Of a stretch of 64,000 nt of DNA, positions 19,780 to 29,474 are shown in pieces. This DNA comes from an uncultured Candidatus Saccharibacteria bacterium (lineage in GTDB: Bacteria; Patescibacteriota; Minisyncoccia; Phycocordibacterales; CAZPGN01), in the NCBI GenBank assembly GCA_964586635.1, contig CAZPGN010000003.1:8945-72944 (forward strand), given 5' to 3'. Below the pieces are notes generated by a model, which was given only the letters and a program-made list of their open reading frames with translations, did not search any database and was not told where the DNA came from. The position numbers and the translations under genes are program-made. How positions within the stretch are numbered: position 1 is the stretch's first letter; every line of letters begins with the position of its first letter.

Positions 19780-20560
19780 TACCCTGTGGTACTGAAGTGC
19801 TCGGTTCCCATCCAATGGCATTCTTTATGAGAGCAGTGCGCGCAACCGGATCACCTGATTCCGGGCTTGTGTCATACATCGGCTCTCTGCCGAACGCCGC
19901 AAGCGCAGTGTTTACCATCTCTCCCACACTCTTCAGAGAGCCTGTTCCCACATCATAAACTCCGTGAACAACCTCGCTTTCAGCGAGGCCGACAAGCGCG
20001 CCGGCAACATCGTCCACAAATACGAAATCGTGCGCCATGGTCGGTCTATGCACTTCTGGGTCCTGTCCATTGAGCAGTTTTTTTATCACACTTGGTAGAA
20101 GCGACTCCTCGCGTTGCCCGGGGCCATATACAAAAAATGGCAGAGCACGAATGAACTTCGTGTCTGTTTCCGCGCTATAGCGTTCTGCGCACCTCGCGAG
20201 AAATAATTTGCCCTCGCGCAAAAAGCCGTGCTTCTCGCGCGCAGGATCTTCATATTCAACACACGAACTCACCGTAATTACTTTTGGACATCGAATTTTC
20301 GCAAGAAAGTTGAACAAATTTAGCGTGTTGGCAACATTTGTTGCAGTAGTCTTGATATCAAACGCCGGTATTCCTTCCCACACCAAATTGAGCGCGACAT
20401 CTGGCGAAAAATCGCCTACCGCATCTCCCCAATCGGAAATTTCGGATAAACCGCCGTGAACCGCGCGAGAGAGAATAAACACCGAATGACCTCTCCGCTT
20501 CAGCTCGTTCACGGTTGGTTTCCCTATAAATCCAGTTCCACCTGCAATAAATATCTTCAT
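19745..20560 (-). CDS. NAD-dependent epimerase/reductase
   Basis: AGGTGFIG, VYGPGQ, DFVFVDDVA, YDVGTG. Confidence 0.82.
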   Translation of the reverse strand: MKIFIAGGTGFIGKPTVNELKRRGHSVFILSRAVHGGLSEISDWGDAVGDFSPDVALNLVWEGIPAFDIKTTATNVANTLNLFNFLAKIRCPKVITVSSCVEYEDPAREKHGFLREGKLFLARCAERYSAETDTKFIRALPFFVYGPGQREESLLPSVIKKLLNGQDPEVHRPTMAHDFVFVDDVAGALVGLAESEVVHGVYDVGTGSLKSVGEMVNTALAAFGREPMYDTSPESGDPVARTALIKNAIGWEPSTSVPQGISRMIEYYKTR

Positions 20561-21747
20561 AAAAGTTCCTTAAGCGCGGCTTGAATGCCCTTCTCGGCAT
20601 CTACCAAGATGGTGCGACATCCCGCCGCAACACCAGCCGCTTTGTCTCGTTCATCATCCCCAACAAATATGGCGCGGGTCAAGTTAATGTGGTGTTCGCG
20701 CGCGGCGCGGAAGAACATGCCTGGGCGAGGTTTTCTGCATTCGCATCCATCATCCCACCCGTGCGGACAATAATATACTCCCCCGAACGCCACACCATCC
20801 TTCTCCAATGTCATTGCCATGGCATGATGGATGGTGTCAAGCTCGCCCTCGCTCATTGCTCCGCGCGCGATGCCTGCTTGATTGGATATGATATACATCT
20901 CGTATCCACAATCGCGTAAAGATTTGAGCGAGCTAACCGCTTCCGGCAGAAATTCGAATTGCTCCCAACTGGTAATGTACTCGGCTCGTTTAGGCTTTCG
21001 ATTTATCACGCCGTCACGATCTAGAAAGAGCACTTTCCGCGGCGACAAGTATTTCTCGGCGATTGGGAGCCGCTCCAAACTGCCTACGCTGTAGTATGCA
21101 TGATGCGTTACGAATCCGGCGAGGTCATTTTTTTCAATAAGACGCGGGATTGCCTCTCGTTCAAATGAAACATTTCCTTCGGGGAGGAGATCGATGACTT
21201 CCTTGTTCAAAATAAAGAAGCCGATATCGAGTGCATTCAGTCCGACTGCTTCCCGTTTCTTGTCGTACTGCCGCACGCGCCCAAAATCGTCGACTTGCGT
21301 ATTGTTTTTAGTGACTCCATATTTGTTCGAATACAGCGTAATAGCCGCCGAAACGCCCTGCTCCGCATGAAATTCGGCGAGTCGTTCAAGTTGAACGGGA
21401 CAATAATTATCGCAATACATGAGCAAGAAACGGTCGTCGAGAATATCGCGCGCCGCAACGATGCGTGCGCCGGTATCGAACTCGGGCGGCATTACCGAAT
21501 AGACTATTCGGATGCCAAAACGCGAACCATCGCCAAAAAAGTCTTTGACCAACTCGCCAAGATACCCAAGCAGAAGGACAATCTCACCAACACCCTGCTC
21601 CTTGAGGTACTCCACGAGATGCAGAAGAAATGGTTTCTCGCAGACGAGGACCATGGGCTTCGGTATCGTATCGGTTATAGGACGAAGACGACTCCCCCTG
21701 CCGCCAGCAAGAATAACCGCCTGCCGAATATTATGTTCAGAAGACAT
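20557..21747 (-). CDS. Fusion of sugar-1-phosphate nucleotidyltransferase (HddC-like) and heptose bisphosphate phosphatase (GmhB)
   Basis: AVILAGGRGSRLRPITDTIPKPM at the N-terminus; FLDRDGVIN, ISNQAGI, YYCPH, CECRKPRPGM, VGD at the C-terminus. Confidence 0.87.
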   Translation of the reverse strand: MSSEHNIRQAVILAGGRGSRLRPITDTIPKPMVLVCEKPFLLHLVEYLKEQGVGEIVLLLGYLGELVKDFFGDGSRFGIRIVYSVMPPEFDTGARIVAARDILDDRFLLMYCDNYCPVQLERLAEFHAEQGVSAAITLYSNKYGVTKNNTQVDDFGRVRQYDKKREAVGLNALDIGFFILNKEVIDLLPEGNVSFEREAIPRLIEKNDLAGFVTHHAYYSVGSLERLPIAEKYLSPRKVLFLDRDGVINRKPKRAEYITSWEQFEFLPEAVSSLKSLRDCGYEMYIISNQAGIARGAMSEGELDTIHHAMAMTLEKDGVAFGGVYYCPHGWDDGCECRKPRPGMFFRAAREHHINLTRAIFVGDDERDKAAGVAAGCRTILVDAEKGIQAALKELL

Positions 21748-21751
21748 ACAT

Positions 21752-22807
21752 TCAAGTGGATGCGTCTTGTTCAACCCATCGCAAACCATCATCGAGCCTG
21801 CCCTCTACCAGCAAGCGCTGGATCTGCTTGAGGCGATTGCATGCAGGCCCTCTAAATTGGTCCTCACTGATATGGACTTTCTTAAAGAAATCAACAAGTT
21901 CCGACCCTCCTGAATCAAGGTCTTCGGTCGGCTTATAGTAATCCTTAAGTTTCGTCAATATTTTCTGAAATGATACGCGGTATGTGCGAGAATCCTTTCC
22001 ATGCTCACCGGTAAAAACGAGTGTGCTTCCGGGAACAGCGCGCTGTGTCGCTTCGGCAAGATCGCGGACGGTAAAATTACCGTTTGATATTCCGACATTA
22101 AACGATTCGCCAGCAACTAATTCACGCGGCGCCTCAAGCCCCGCGATAAAAGCTCGCGACACATCTCTCACATGTACGACCGGTCGCCACGGAGTGCCAT
22201 CGCTTTTCACCTCGACCTTCCCTCCCAAATACGCACTGCCAACCAAGCTGTTGTATACAATGTCGCAACGAAGGCGCGGACTCGCGCCGAATACGGTGGA
22301 AGGGCGGAAACATGCAACTATGAAATCATCTCTGTTCATTTTTTTGAGTTCGACTTCCGCATCCCACTTTGTTCGCGCATATGCAGTAACGCCGTAAGGC
22401 CCCGCCTCATCTTCGGTAAGCTCATGACTCGTATCAGCAACGCCATACATGCTTTGAGATGAAGCATATATGAATCGCTTCACCCCAGCGGCTCGCGCCG
22501 CTCGCGCAACCGTCATCGTGCCAGTGAAGTTGATATCCTCCGTTATATTCGGAGTCAACTCGCCAAGCGGGTCATTCGAAAGAGCCGCAAGATGAATGAC
22601 CGCATCAATACCAGCAAAATCACGCGCTACCGCATCTCGCGTATCTTTCATGATCTGTGCACGCGGGTCTCTAGCCTCGGCAAGCTCCATGCCTCGGTAG
22701 TATCCCATGTCGTATCCGACCGGCTCATATCCTCTGGCGCGCAATTCATCAACAAGAACCGTGCCGATATATCCTAGATTCCCCGTAATGAGTACCTTCT
22801 GCTTCAT
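21752..22807 (-). CDS. NAD-dependent NDP-sugar epimerase/dehydratase (paralogue of 11703)
   Basis: TGNLGYIG, HLAALSNDP, ASSQSMYG, YARTK, SDGTPWRP, DSRTYRVSF. Confidence 0.88.
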   Translation of the reverse strand: MKQKVLITGNLGYIGTVLVDELRARGYEPVGYDMGYYRGMELAEARDPRAQIMKDTRDAVARDFAGIDAVIHLAALSNDPLGELTPNITEDINFTGTMTVARAARAAGVKRFIYASSQSMYGVADTSHELTEDEAGPYGVTAYARTKWDAEVELKKMNRDDFIVACFRPSTVFGASPRLRCDIVYNSLVGSAYLGGKVEVKSDGTPWRPVVHVRDVSRAFIAGLEAPRELVAGESFNVGISNGNFTVRDLAEATQRAVPGSTLVFTGEHGKDSRTYRVSFQKILTKLKDYYKPTEDLDSGGSELVDFFKKVHISEDQFRGPACNRLKQIQRLLVEGRLDDGLRWVEQDAST

Positions 22808-22809
22808 GG

Positions 22810-23796
22810 TTAGTGGCTGAAATATAAAATACGGCTGCCATTCGGTTCGAAATCGAATTTCATTTCACGCAAATCGCGGATCGCGCGCCGCAATTTCTGC
22901 TGTTTATTCTCCTCACAGTAAAAAAGTAAAAATCCACCGCCTCCCGACCCAAGAATCTTTCCTCCCGTAGCGCCGGCGCGAATCCCTTTTTCATAATAGG
23001 AATCAATAAAATCGTTGCTCACGCCGCTTGAGAGCTGTTTTTTGTATACCCAGTTTTCATGGAGTATCTCGCCTACGCGACCTATCCTGCCTTCATGTAA
23101 TGCCGACTCGAGCTCTTGCGCGAGCGCGACCATTTTGTCAAGCACGGCCATATTTGCTTTGGTCTTTTTCTTTTGCTCTTTCAGAACCATTTCCGAACGC
23201 GACGGCAGTCCGGTGTAAAAAAGCAGAAGTTTACCGCAGAACTCATTCAGCTTCTCCTGCGTCAATACAAGAGGGTCGATGCGCACACTATCGTCTTGGT
23301 GGAAAAGTATCCTATTGAAACCGCCGTGGGAAACTGCGTACTGGTCTTGTTTTCCAATCGGGCACTTTAGCACCCCTATCTCGAGTCTGCAGGCCTCCTG
23401 TGCTAACCGTTCTGGAGATATATGTTCGCCGCGATACGCATGGAGCGCCTGAAGAATGCCAACGGCAATCGCGCTTGACGCGCCGAGTCCCGTTCCCACC
23501 GATGCGGGCGGCAAATCACTCATATACACAATATCGATACCGCCATTTACTTTGATGTCAAGAAATCGCAATGCCTCTCGAATTATATTATGCTTGATGG
23601 CATCAATGCGGTCGACCAATTCGGTTCTTGAATAACTCACACGGATAATCCCATCAAATCTTGGGTTTACGGTGAGATAGATGTACTTATCGATTGCCGT
23701 GCTGACCACCATGCCAGGGCGCACTTTGTAATATTCTGCAAGGTCGGAACCCCCGCCCGCAAAGCTCATTCGCAAGGGGGTTTTAGTAATAATCAT
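22810..23796 (-). CDS. hddA: GHMP sugar kinase, heptose-7-phosphate 1-kinase (HddA-like)
   Basis: KTPLRMSFAGGGSD, GTGLGASS, IGKQDQYA, GGKILGSGGGGF. Confidence 0.82.
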   Translation of the reverse strand: MIITKTPLRMSFAGGGSDLAEYYKVRPGMVVSTAIDKYIYLTVNPRFDGIIRVSYSRTELVDRIDAIKHNIIREALRFLDIKVNGGIDIVYMSDLPPASVGTGLGASSAIAVGILQALHAYRGEHISPERLAQEACRLEIGVLKCPIGKQDQYAVSHGGFNRILFHQDDSVRIDPLVLTQEKLNEFCGKLLLFYTGLPSRSEMVLKEQKKKTKANMAVLDKMVALAQELESALHEGRIGRVGEILHENWVYKKQLSSGVSNDFIDSYYEKGIRAGATGGKILGSGGGGFLLFYCEENKQQKLRRAIRDLREMKFDFEPNGSRILYFSH

Positions 23797-23802
23797 AGTG
23801 AG

Positions 23803-24291
23803 TTAAAAATTTCGCTTGCTCCAATCAAATGGTATTTCATTCGAGAGAGGGTCGATTCGGCGATATTTCGCATTAGGGTCGTGCGGCTCGGAGGCAATAT
23901 TGCACATAAGAGCCTGTGAGCGCGATAGCGTTTCCGATGCATTCGCAATGCCTGGCGGAATGTGGACCAGCACATAGTTGTCATCGCCATAACATATTTC
24001 CTGACATTTCTTGTATGTCGATGATTTCTTGCGCATATCATAGAGAACGAGGCGCATCATGCCCTGAAGACAAATATAATTCAGTTCGAGCGTATCGTGG
24101 ACATGCCAGCCGTTAATTATACCGCGATAGAGTTTCTTAAAATAAACTTCCCCGATCGGCCCTAGCGCAGTATCGCAACGAACGCCATGCATTATAGTTC
24201 CGCGCACATCCGGTATTCTTCTAAGTGGCAAAATAACGACCCCGTCGATGCCTCCTGAAATGGCAGAAGGCACACCTGTTTTCTTTTTCAT
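23803..24291 (-). CDS. RmlC-like cupin (NDP-sugar 3,5-epimerase family)
   Basis: IDGV, D.RG, GWHVH, LYDMRKKSSTY, IPPGIANA, IPFDW. Confidence 0.82.
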   Translation of the reverse strand: MKKKTGVPSAISGGIDGVVILPLRRIPDVRGTIMHGVRCDTALGPIGEVYFKKLYRGIINGWHVHDTLELNYICLQGMMRLVLYDMRKKSSTYKKCQEICYGDDNYVLVHIPPGIANASETLSRSQALMCNIASEPHDPNAKYRRIDPLSNEIPFDWSKRNF

Positions 24292-24303
24292 GTATACGCA
24301 ATT

Positions 24304-25533
24304 TTATATAATCCTGGGTCTTTGCGGAAGCGGCACGAGAAATTCTCCCTTGAATCCATACCTGGATCTCGCAATCTCTACTATTTCTTTGGCAAAATTC
24401 CATGCGAGCAGGAAAACCACATCCGGCTTTTCCAAAAACGCCCTTTGTGGGTCTGTAATTGGTATGTGGCTTCCTGCCGTATATAGACCGTGTTTTAATT
24501 GATTCGCGTCGGCTATGACTGCAATATCATTACCACTTATGCCGCAATAATTGAGCAAGGTCGAACTTCTTGCAGAAGCTCCGTATCCGATAGCGCATTT
24601 TCCTTCGCGCCGCAGTGAGAGAAGCATGTTTTTCAGATGATCGCGATGCGCTGTCGCCTTCTTCGCAAACGCTTTCCAACTCGCGAGCGTATTCACGCGA
24701 AGTTTAGATTCGCGCTCCGCAAGCCGCTTATACGCCTGACTTTTATTACGCTTTTCTTTGCTCGCATATACAATGAGCCCGCCGCTATTTATCGGACTCC
24801 GCGCAATATCAAATCCATACATGCCATATCGGTTCAGCAATTTTTCAAAACTCTTCAGCGTGTAGTAACACACATGTTCGTGATAGATCGTGTCATAGTG
24901 AAGCTCCCGAAGCATCTTTCCACCGTAGTGAAATTCGGCCGCGAGAATGCCGCTCGCGGCGAGCGCCCGTTCGATGCCACGCATGGCGCCGCCAAGATCC
25001 GCAAGATGGTAGAGAACATTGCGGGCGATAACGATATCCGCTGTTCCATGCTCGCGGACTATTTTTTTCGCTGCTTTCTCTCCAAAAAAGTCGACTACTG
25101 TTCGCACTCCGGATTTTTTTGCGATTGGAGCGATATTTCGAGCAGGATCTACGCCAAGCGCCTTTAAGCCTTTTTTAACGAAAGGAAGCAGAAAAGTACC
25201 GTCATTACTCGCAACTTCAAGCACGAAGGGGTCTTTTGTGCCGCTCCTTCTCAAGACATTCTTTGCAAATACTTCCGCGAACTCACGCGCCGCACCGGAT
25301 GTGCCCGTAACCCACGGGTAGTCCAAAAACATGAGGCGTGGGTCGATGGTTTCGTTCAACTGCACCAGTGAACAAGCCCTGCAGAACGAGAGTGAGAGAG
25401 GGTAGGCCTTCTCTCTTGCGTCTCTTTTCTTCAATAGTGAGTTCGCGAGTGGCTGTTTCCCGAGATCAAAAAATGCGACCAGGCATCCGGCACCGCACGA
25501 GCGGCAAGACGCAATAGTTTGCATCTCTTTCAT
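24304..25533 (-). CDS. NDP-hexose C-methyltransferase (Zn-binding, class I SAM)
   Basis: CRSC, DLGKQPLAN, C..CSLVQL, EVASNDG, YDTIYHEH, GYGASARSSTLLNY, LLAWNF..EI. Confidence 0.88.
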   Translation of the reverse strand: MKEMQTIASCRSCGAGCLVAFFDLGKQPLANSLLKKRDAREKAYPLSLSFCRACSLVQLNETIDPRLMFLDYPWVTGTSGAAREFAEVFAKNVLRRSGTKDPFVLEVASNDGTFLLPFVKKGLKALGVDPARNIAPIAKKSGVRTVVDFFGEKAAKKIVREHGTADIVIARNVLYHLADLGGAMRGIERALAASGILAAEFHYGGKMLRELHYDTIYHEHVCYYTLKSFEKLLNRYGMYGFDIARSPINSGGLIVYASKEKRNKSQAYKRLAERESKLRVNTLASWKAFAKKATAHRDHLKNMLLSLRREGKCAIGYGASARSSTLLNYCGISGNDIAVIADANQLKHGLYTAGSHIPITDPQRAFLEKPDVVFLLAWNFAKEIVEIARSRYGFKGEFLVPLPQRPRII

Positions 25534-25590
25534 GCGGCCTATTGTGACGATTGTCGAATAGAATTGCAAGTTGCTGTATTCCTGTAGGTA

Positions 25591-25659
25591 CTTTTCACTC
25601 TGCTATTAATTTCCATAGTATAGAAGATATATAAAATGAAGGCTCCTGACCCCTTCACC
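25591..25659 (+). repeat. ~70-bp dispersed element ending in the REP-like motif (copy A)
   Basis: 25625-25659 is the exact 35-bp reverse complement of 57144-57178; degenerate similarity extends to about 25591. Confidence 0.85.
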
Positions 25660-25698
25660 GCCGTTGCGGCCCGATATGCGCCATAGTAGAGTAATGAA

Positions 25699-26265
25699 AT
25701 GACACCAAAGGAATATTTTGTACAGCTTTGCAAGACGCTTGATACTCTTGATTATTCGAATGTCGAGTCGCTCATTTCAGCAATTCGGGAAACGCAAGCG
25801 CGCGGCGGAACGGTCTATGTATTCGGCAATGGCGGTTCTGGAGCAAATGCGTCTCATTTCGCGCAGGATCTTTTGAAGTGTCCCATTAGGGATTTCGGCT
25901 CTCGATCAGGCAGGTACAAAACAATCTGTCTTAACGATAATACTCCCGTTCTCATGGCGTACGCCAATGATATGAACTATGAGGATATTTTTGTTCAACA
26001 GCTCATGAATTTTTGCGAAAAAAATGACCTCGTCATCGGGATCAGCGGTTCAGGCAACAGCATGAATGTTGTGAAAGCGATCGAGTACGCCAGAGGTATC
26101 GGCACACGAACATTTGTCATTGTTGGATTTGATGGAGGAAAACTCCTTACGACGGCTGAACGCGCCGTACATGCCAAAACATCGAATATGCAGATATACG
26201 AAGATATCGCGATGATGACCATGCATTCGATAGTTACCGCCCTAAAAGAAAGCGTGCCTCAATAA
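25699..26265 (+). CDS. gmhA: Phosphoheptose isomerase (SIS domain)
   Basis: FGNGGSGANASH, AYAND..YEDIFVQQL, IGISGSGNS.NV, GFDGG. Confidence 0.85.
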   Translation: MTPKEYFVQLCKTLDTLDYSNVESLISAIRETQARGGTVYVFGNGGSGANASHFAQDLLKCPIRDFGSRSGRYKTICLNDNTPVLMAYANDMNYEDIFVQQLMNFCEKNDLVIGISGSGNSMNVVKAIEYARGIGTRTFVIVGFDGGKLLTTAERAVHAKTSNMQIYEDIAMMTMHSIVTALKESVPQ

Positions 26266-27190
26266 CGCCTCCCGCAAGCGCGGCTACGAGGCTTGCGATA
26301 AAGAAAGCAAAGGACAGACTGGTCGAGGCCGCGGGGGTAACGGCGATGAGTCCGAGCAGGAATACAAAGCTAATTTCTCGCTGTCCAAGTCCCATTATAC
26401 TTGTAGGCACAAGAAGAATTATCGAAACGAGCGCAAAAACCCAAAGAAGATTGATGAGGAGAATATCGATCGAGAGCGCGCGGGCAAGCATAAGGAGCGT
26501 CAGCGTATTCACGAGCTGGAAAAGGACTCCCCAAAGGCTCGAATGGGCAAGGAGGTCGAATCTGTCCATATACGGCACACTCCCCGCATGAACAAGGCGG
26601 ACAAATTTGTCTACAATCCCACTTTTAATACCAAGTGACCAACGCTCAAACAACGCCGAAAGCCAAGCATAAATGCGTGAATGAAATGTAAGGAAAGAGG
26701 CAAGCGTCCCAGCCGTCATTACGACAAAGAGCAATACTACTTGCTCATAGATCTCAATCGGGGTCGGCGTCACCATAATCGCAAAAAGACCAAGCATGAG
26801 CGTGGGTAGCAGGCCCGTCATGCGGTCAACTATAACGGAACTTACAAGTTGTGCCCCATCGCCGGGGATGTCGAGAGCGCGATAGGCTTTCGCCGCTTGA
26901 CCTGCTAACTGGCCACCCGGAAGAAACATCGTATAAAAAGCGCTCGCCAGGTTGAGCCGAAAAAGCGCGCCAATTGAAACCGGTGGCGCAACAGGCTTAA
27001 GTAACACATGCCATTTCAAGGTGCTTAGAAAGTGCGCTCCGAAAGAAAGCCCGACCGCGAGGGCAAAATATCCTGCATGCATGTGCGCGAGCGTCTCTGC
27101 GACATCGCCTATGTCAATGCGCGTAAAAATAAAACGAATAAGCAAGGCGCTCACGAGGACTTTTACCGCAACCGAGACAGCCTTTTTCAT
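26234..27190 (-). CDS. LPG-synthase TM domain / flippase-like membrane protein
   Basis: KW..LL, FLPGG, SV..DR..GL, P.S..GLG.RE motifs; several TM segments. Confidence 0.78.
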   Translation of the reverse strand: MKKAVSVAVKVLVSALLIRFIFTRIDIGDVAETLAHMHAGYFALAVGLSFGAHFLSTLKWHVLLKPVAPPVSIGALFRLNLASAFYTMFLPGGQLAGQAAKAYRALDIPGDGAQLVSSVIVDRMTGLLPTLMLGLFAIMVTPTPIEIYEQVVLLFVVMTAGTLASFLTFHSRIYAWLSALFERWSLGIKSGIVDKFVRLVHAGSVPYMDRFDLLAHSSLWGVLFQLVNTLTLLMLARALSIDILLINLLWVFALVSIILLVPTSIMGLGQREISFVFLLGLIAVTPAASTSLSFAFFIASLVAALAGGVIEARFLLGR

Positions 27191-28074
27191 GGCTTCTGCC
27201 CGATAATATTCACCCTGCCGCTCGTTTTGAAAACACTAAGCAAAAACGAGATTGGGGTTAACAGGGCTAGGGTAAGATAATTGTCGAGACGGAAAAACTT
27301 TGCCTCGAACCTATTTCGAAGCGAGAGAATTATATTATTCGGAGTTGCGTCAAATGAAACTCGCTTAACCGCAAACCCTGTCTCAACAAGAAGCGCTCCC
27401 AAATTTCTTCCCGAAAAGATAACGGTGTGTCGGGGCGCTTCGTATGGGTGCCAGTTAGCGCCGAACGCCCTCCGTTCGAGCGTATCGGAATTTGGAGTCT
27501 TGATGATGACGATGCCGCCCGGTCGTAAGATACGGAATACTTCGCGCATTGTGCCGCGAGGATCATAGAGGTGCTCTATAACATGACTCATTATAATCAC
27601 ATCGAGCGACTCGTCAGGCAAATGTGCATCCTCGAGAGTTCCCTCATGCATTTGAATTCCCTTGCTTCTTCCCAGCTCGCACATTTTCTTATTCAACTCA
27701 ACGCCTTGTATCCTGAATCCAAAAAAATCGCGCAACTGTAAAATGTATCTCCCCCACGATGCCCCCACCTCAAGCGCATCGCGGGCGCCAGGCAGATACT
27801 TCCGGATCATTCGCGCCTCGCGGCCGGTTCTCCATGCAACGAACATATCAACAATCATGTTTCGTCGTCCAAGAAATGGTTCATAAGAATCGAGGTAATA
27901 CTTCCCAATGTTTTCTTTCTGCGGACGCAGTGATTGAAAAATTACGCCGCAGTTCGTACACACCGAGTACTCGAATATTTCACCCGTTCTCGTATCCCGA
28001 TCAGCCATTCGAGCCATGAGCTCGTATTGATGGCTGGAACATATAGGGCAGGCCGTTAGTCTCTCTAATTGCAT
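27187..28074 (-). CDS. Class I SAM-dependent methyltransferase with Zn-ribbon
   Basis: CPIC, CTNCG, LEVGASWG, SHVIEHL.DP, LRPGG, TPN, PRH. Confidence 0.87.
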   Translation of the reverse strand: MQLERLTACPICSSHQYELMARMADRDTRTGEIFEYSVCTNCGVIFQSLRPQKENIGKYYLDSYEPFLGRRNMIVDMFVAWRTGREARMIRKYLPGARDALEVGASWGRYILQLRDFFGFRIQGVELNKKMCELGRSKGIQMHEGTLEDAHLPDESLDVIIMSHVIEHLYDPRGTMREVFRILRPGGIVIIKTPNSDTLERRAFGANWHPYEAPRHTVIFSGRNLGALLVETGFAVKRVSFDATPNNIILSLRNRFEAKFFRLDNYLTLALLTPISFLLSVFKTSGRVNIIGQKP

Positions 28075-29474
28075 GGTGCTTCAATAATATAACGAGTTAT
28101 GAGTTTAGCGACTTTCTTTGGCATATCGGAACCAATCGGTCCGCACATATATTCTCGCATGCGCTCACGCTCTGCGGACAAATGGTTCCTGTTTCGCAAG
28201 TACGTCTCTATATCCCGCTTGAGGTCGTCAAAACTGCGAGAAACGCTCATCGCGCCTATTTTGAAAACACGCTGGAAATGCTCCATGATCTCGAAGCGCC
28301 TAACCGAACGAGCAAAGGGCCGTTTGGAGTCTCCGTCAAATCCCGCGGCGATGACCGGGACATCGAGCGCCACTGCTTCAAGCGCGACTGTCGTGTAGAC
28401 GGAGACAACGGCATCGGCATGGCGCATGACATTGACGAACGATGCGCTGGATGGCACATCGACCCATAATTGTTGAACGAACACTCCTGCAAGTGGGTGG
28501 TTTTTGAACTGATTGTATTTCTTTTCATCGAACTCGCGGTCCTTGCTACGGCCGCCCGGATAGGGACGAATAACGACTCGGAATGATTTCCCAAACGCGC
28601 CCTGTTCTCCCCATGCAAGCATGCGTTCGATTATCTCCGGTTCGTCAGGGCAATACGAGCTTCCTGAAACATACAATACATAACGCGCGTCCATCGGGAA
28701 GCCAAGCATCGAAAGTGTCTCGTTCCGGCTCATAACGAGGTCCTTGTCTTGCATAAAGCTGAAATGCGGGTATCCGATTGTATGAATCACGCGAGGTTCA
28801 TAGCCTTGATGCAGGGTTGCCTGCTCGCGCATCTCCTCGCTCTGGACAAGGAGGGTATCCACATGGAACGGCAGATAGTATTTATCGAGATGGTCCCAGC
28901 CTGCAGGCATGCCCATTGTCCGAGTGCCGCGCCGTCTAGCTTCGGCGAGAAGATGCTGGTCAAACCATCCATAAAGATGGGAGGCGAACACAAGATCGGG
29001 TTTGTATTTTTCAAAACTATCTTTGAATGGCCGATCGGGATATGCGTGCAGAAAAGTCCATGGGACTATGCGCGACTTCATGAACGGTATGCGGCCGAAA
29101 ATATTAGCGATGCACCATTTGATCGGCGCAAGATATACTCTGCCACCAGCCGGAGGCTCATCTGCGCGAAGCGCTATGGTCGCAAGGAGACGCGTCGTGC
29201 CAGTATATATGAGATGAGAATAGAAGAAATAAAATAATTGCTGAAAAATACCCCGCGCGTTCGAGACATTTATCACTTCCTTCACATGCGTCCTACCGAG
29301 ACCCTCATCGATCGCCTCGGAGTACTTCGCGGCGTCTTTCGGAGGGATGAGTAGGACCATGTTGAATTTGTCCCCGCAATCAGAGAGTTTTTTGAGTTCA
29401 GAGAAAACCCCTTTTGGCCAAAAGAATAAGTTTCGATATACCGCTACAGTGGAGAGACTTATGAATATCGTCAT
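28065..29474 (-). CDS. Uncharacterised GT-B-like protein, paralogue 2 of 4
   Basis: AGWDHLDKY, GYPHF, RPYP, HADAV...TTVALEA..LD.P. Confidence 0.6.
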   Translation of the reverse strand: MTIFISLSTVAVYRNLFFWPKGVFSELKKLSDCGDKFNMVLLIPPKDAAKYSEAIDEGLGRTHVKEVINVSNARGIFQQLFYFFYSHLIYTGTTRLLATIALRADEPPAGGRVYLAPIKWCIANIFGRIPFMKSRIVPWTFLHAYPDRPFKDSFEKYKPDLVFASHLYGWFDQHLLAEARRRGTRTMGMPAGWDHLDKYYLPFHVDTLLVQSEEMREQATLHQGYEPRVIHTIGYPHFSFMQDKDLVMSRNETLSMLGFPMDARYVLYVSGSSYCPDEPEIIERMLAWGEQGAFGKSFRVVIRPYPGGRSKDREFDEKKYNQFKNHPLAGVFVQQLWVDVPSSASFVNVMRHADAVVSVYTTVALEAVALDVPVIAAGFDGDSKRPFARSVRRFEIMEHFQRVFKIGAMSVSRSFDDLKRDIETYLRNRNHLSAERERMREYMCGPIGSDMPKKVAKLITRYIIEAPCN

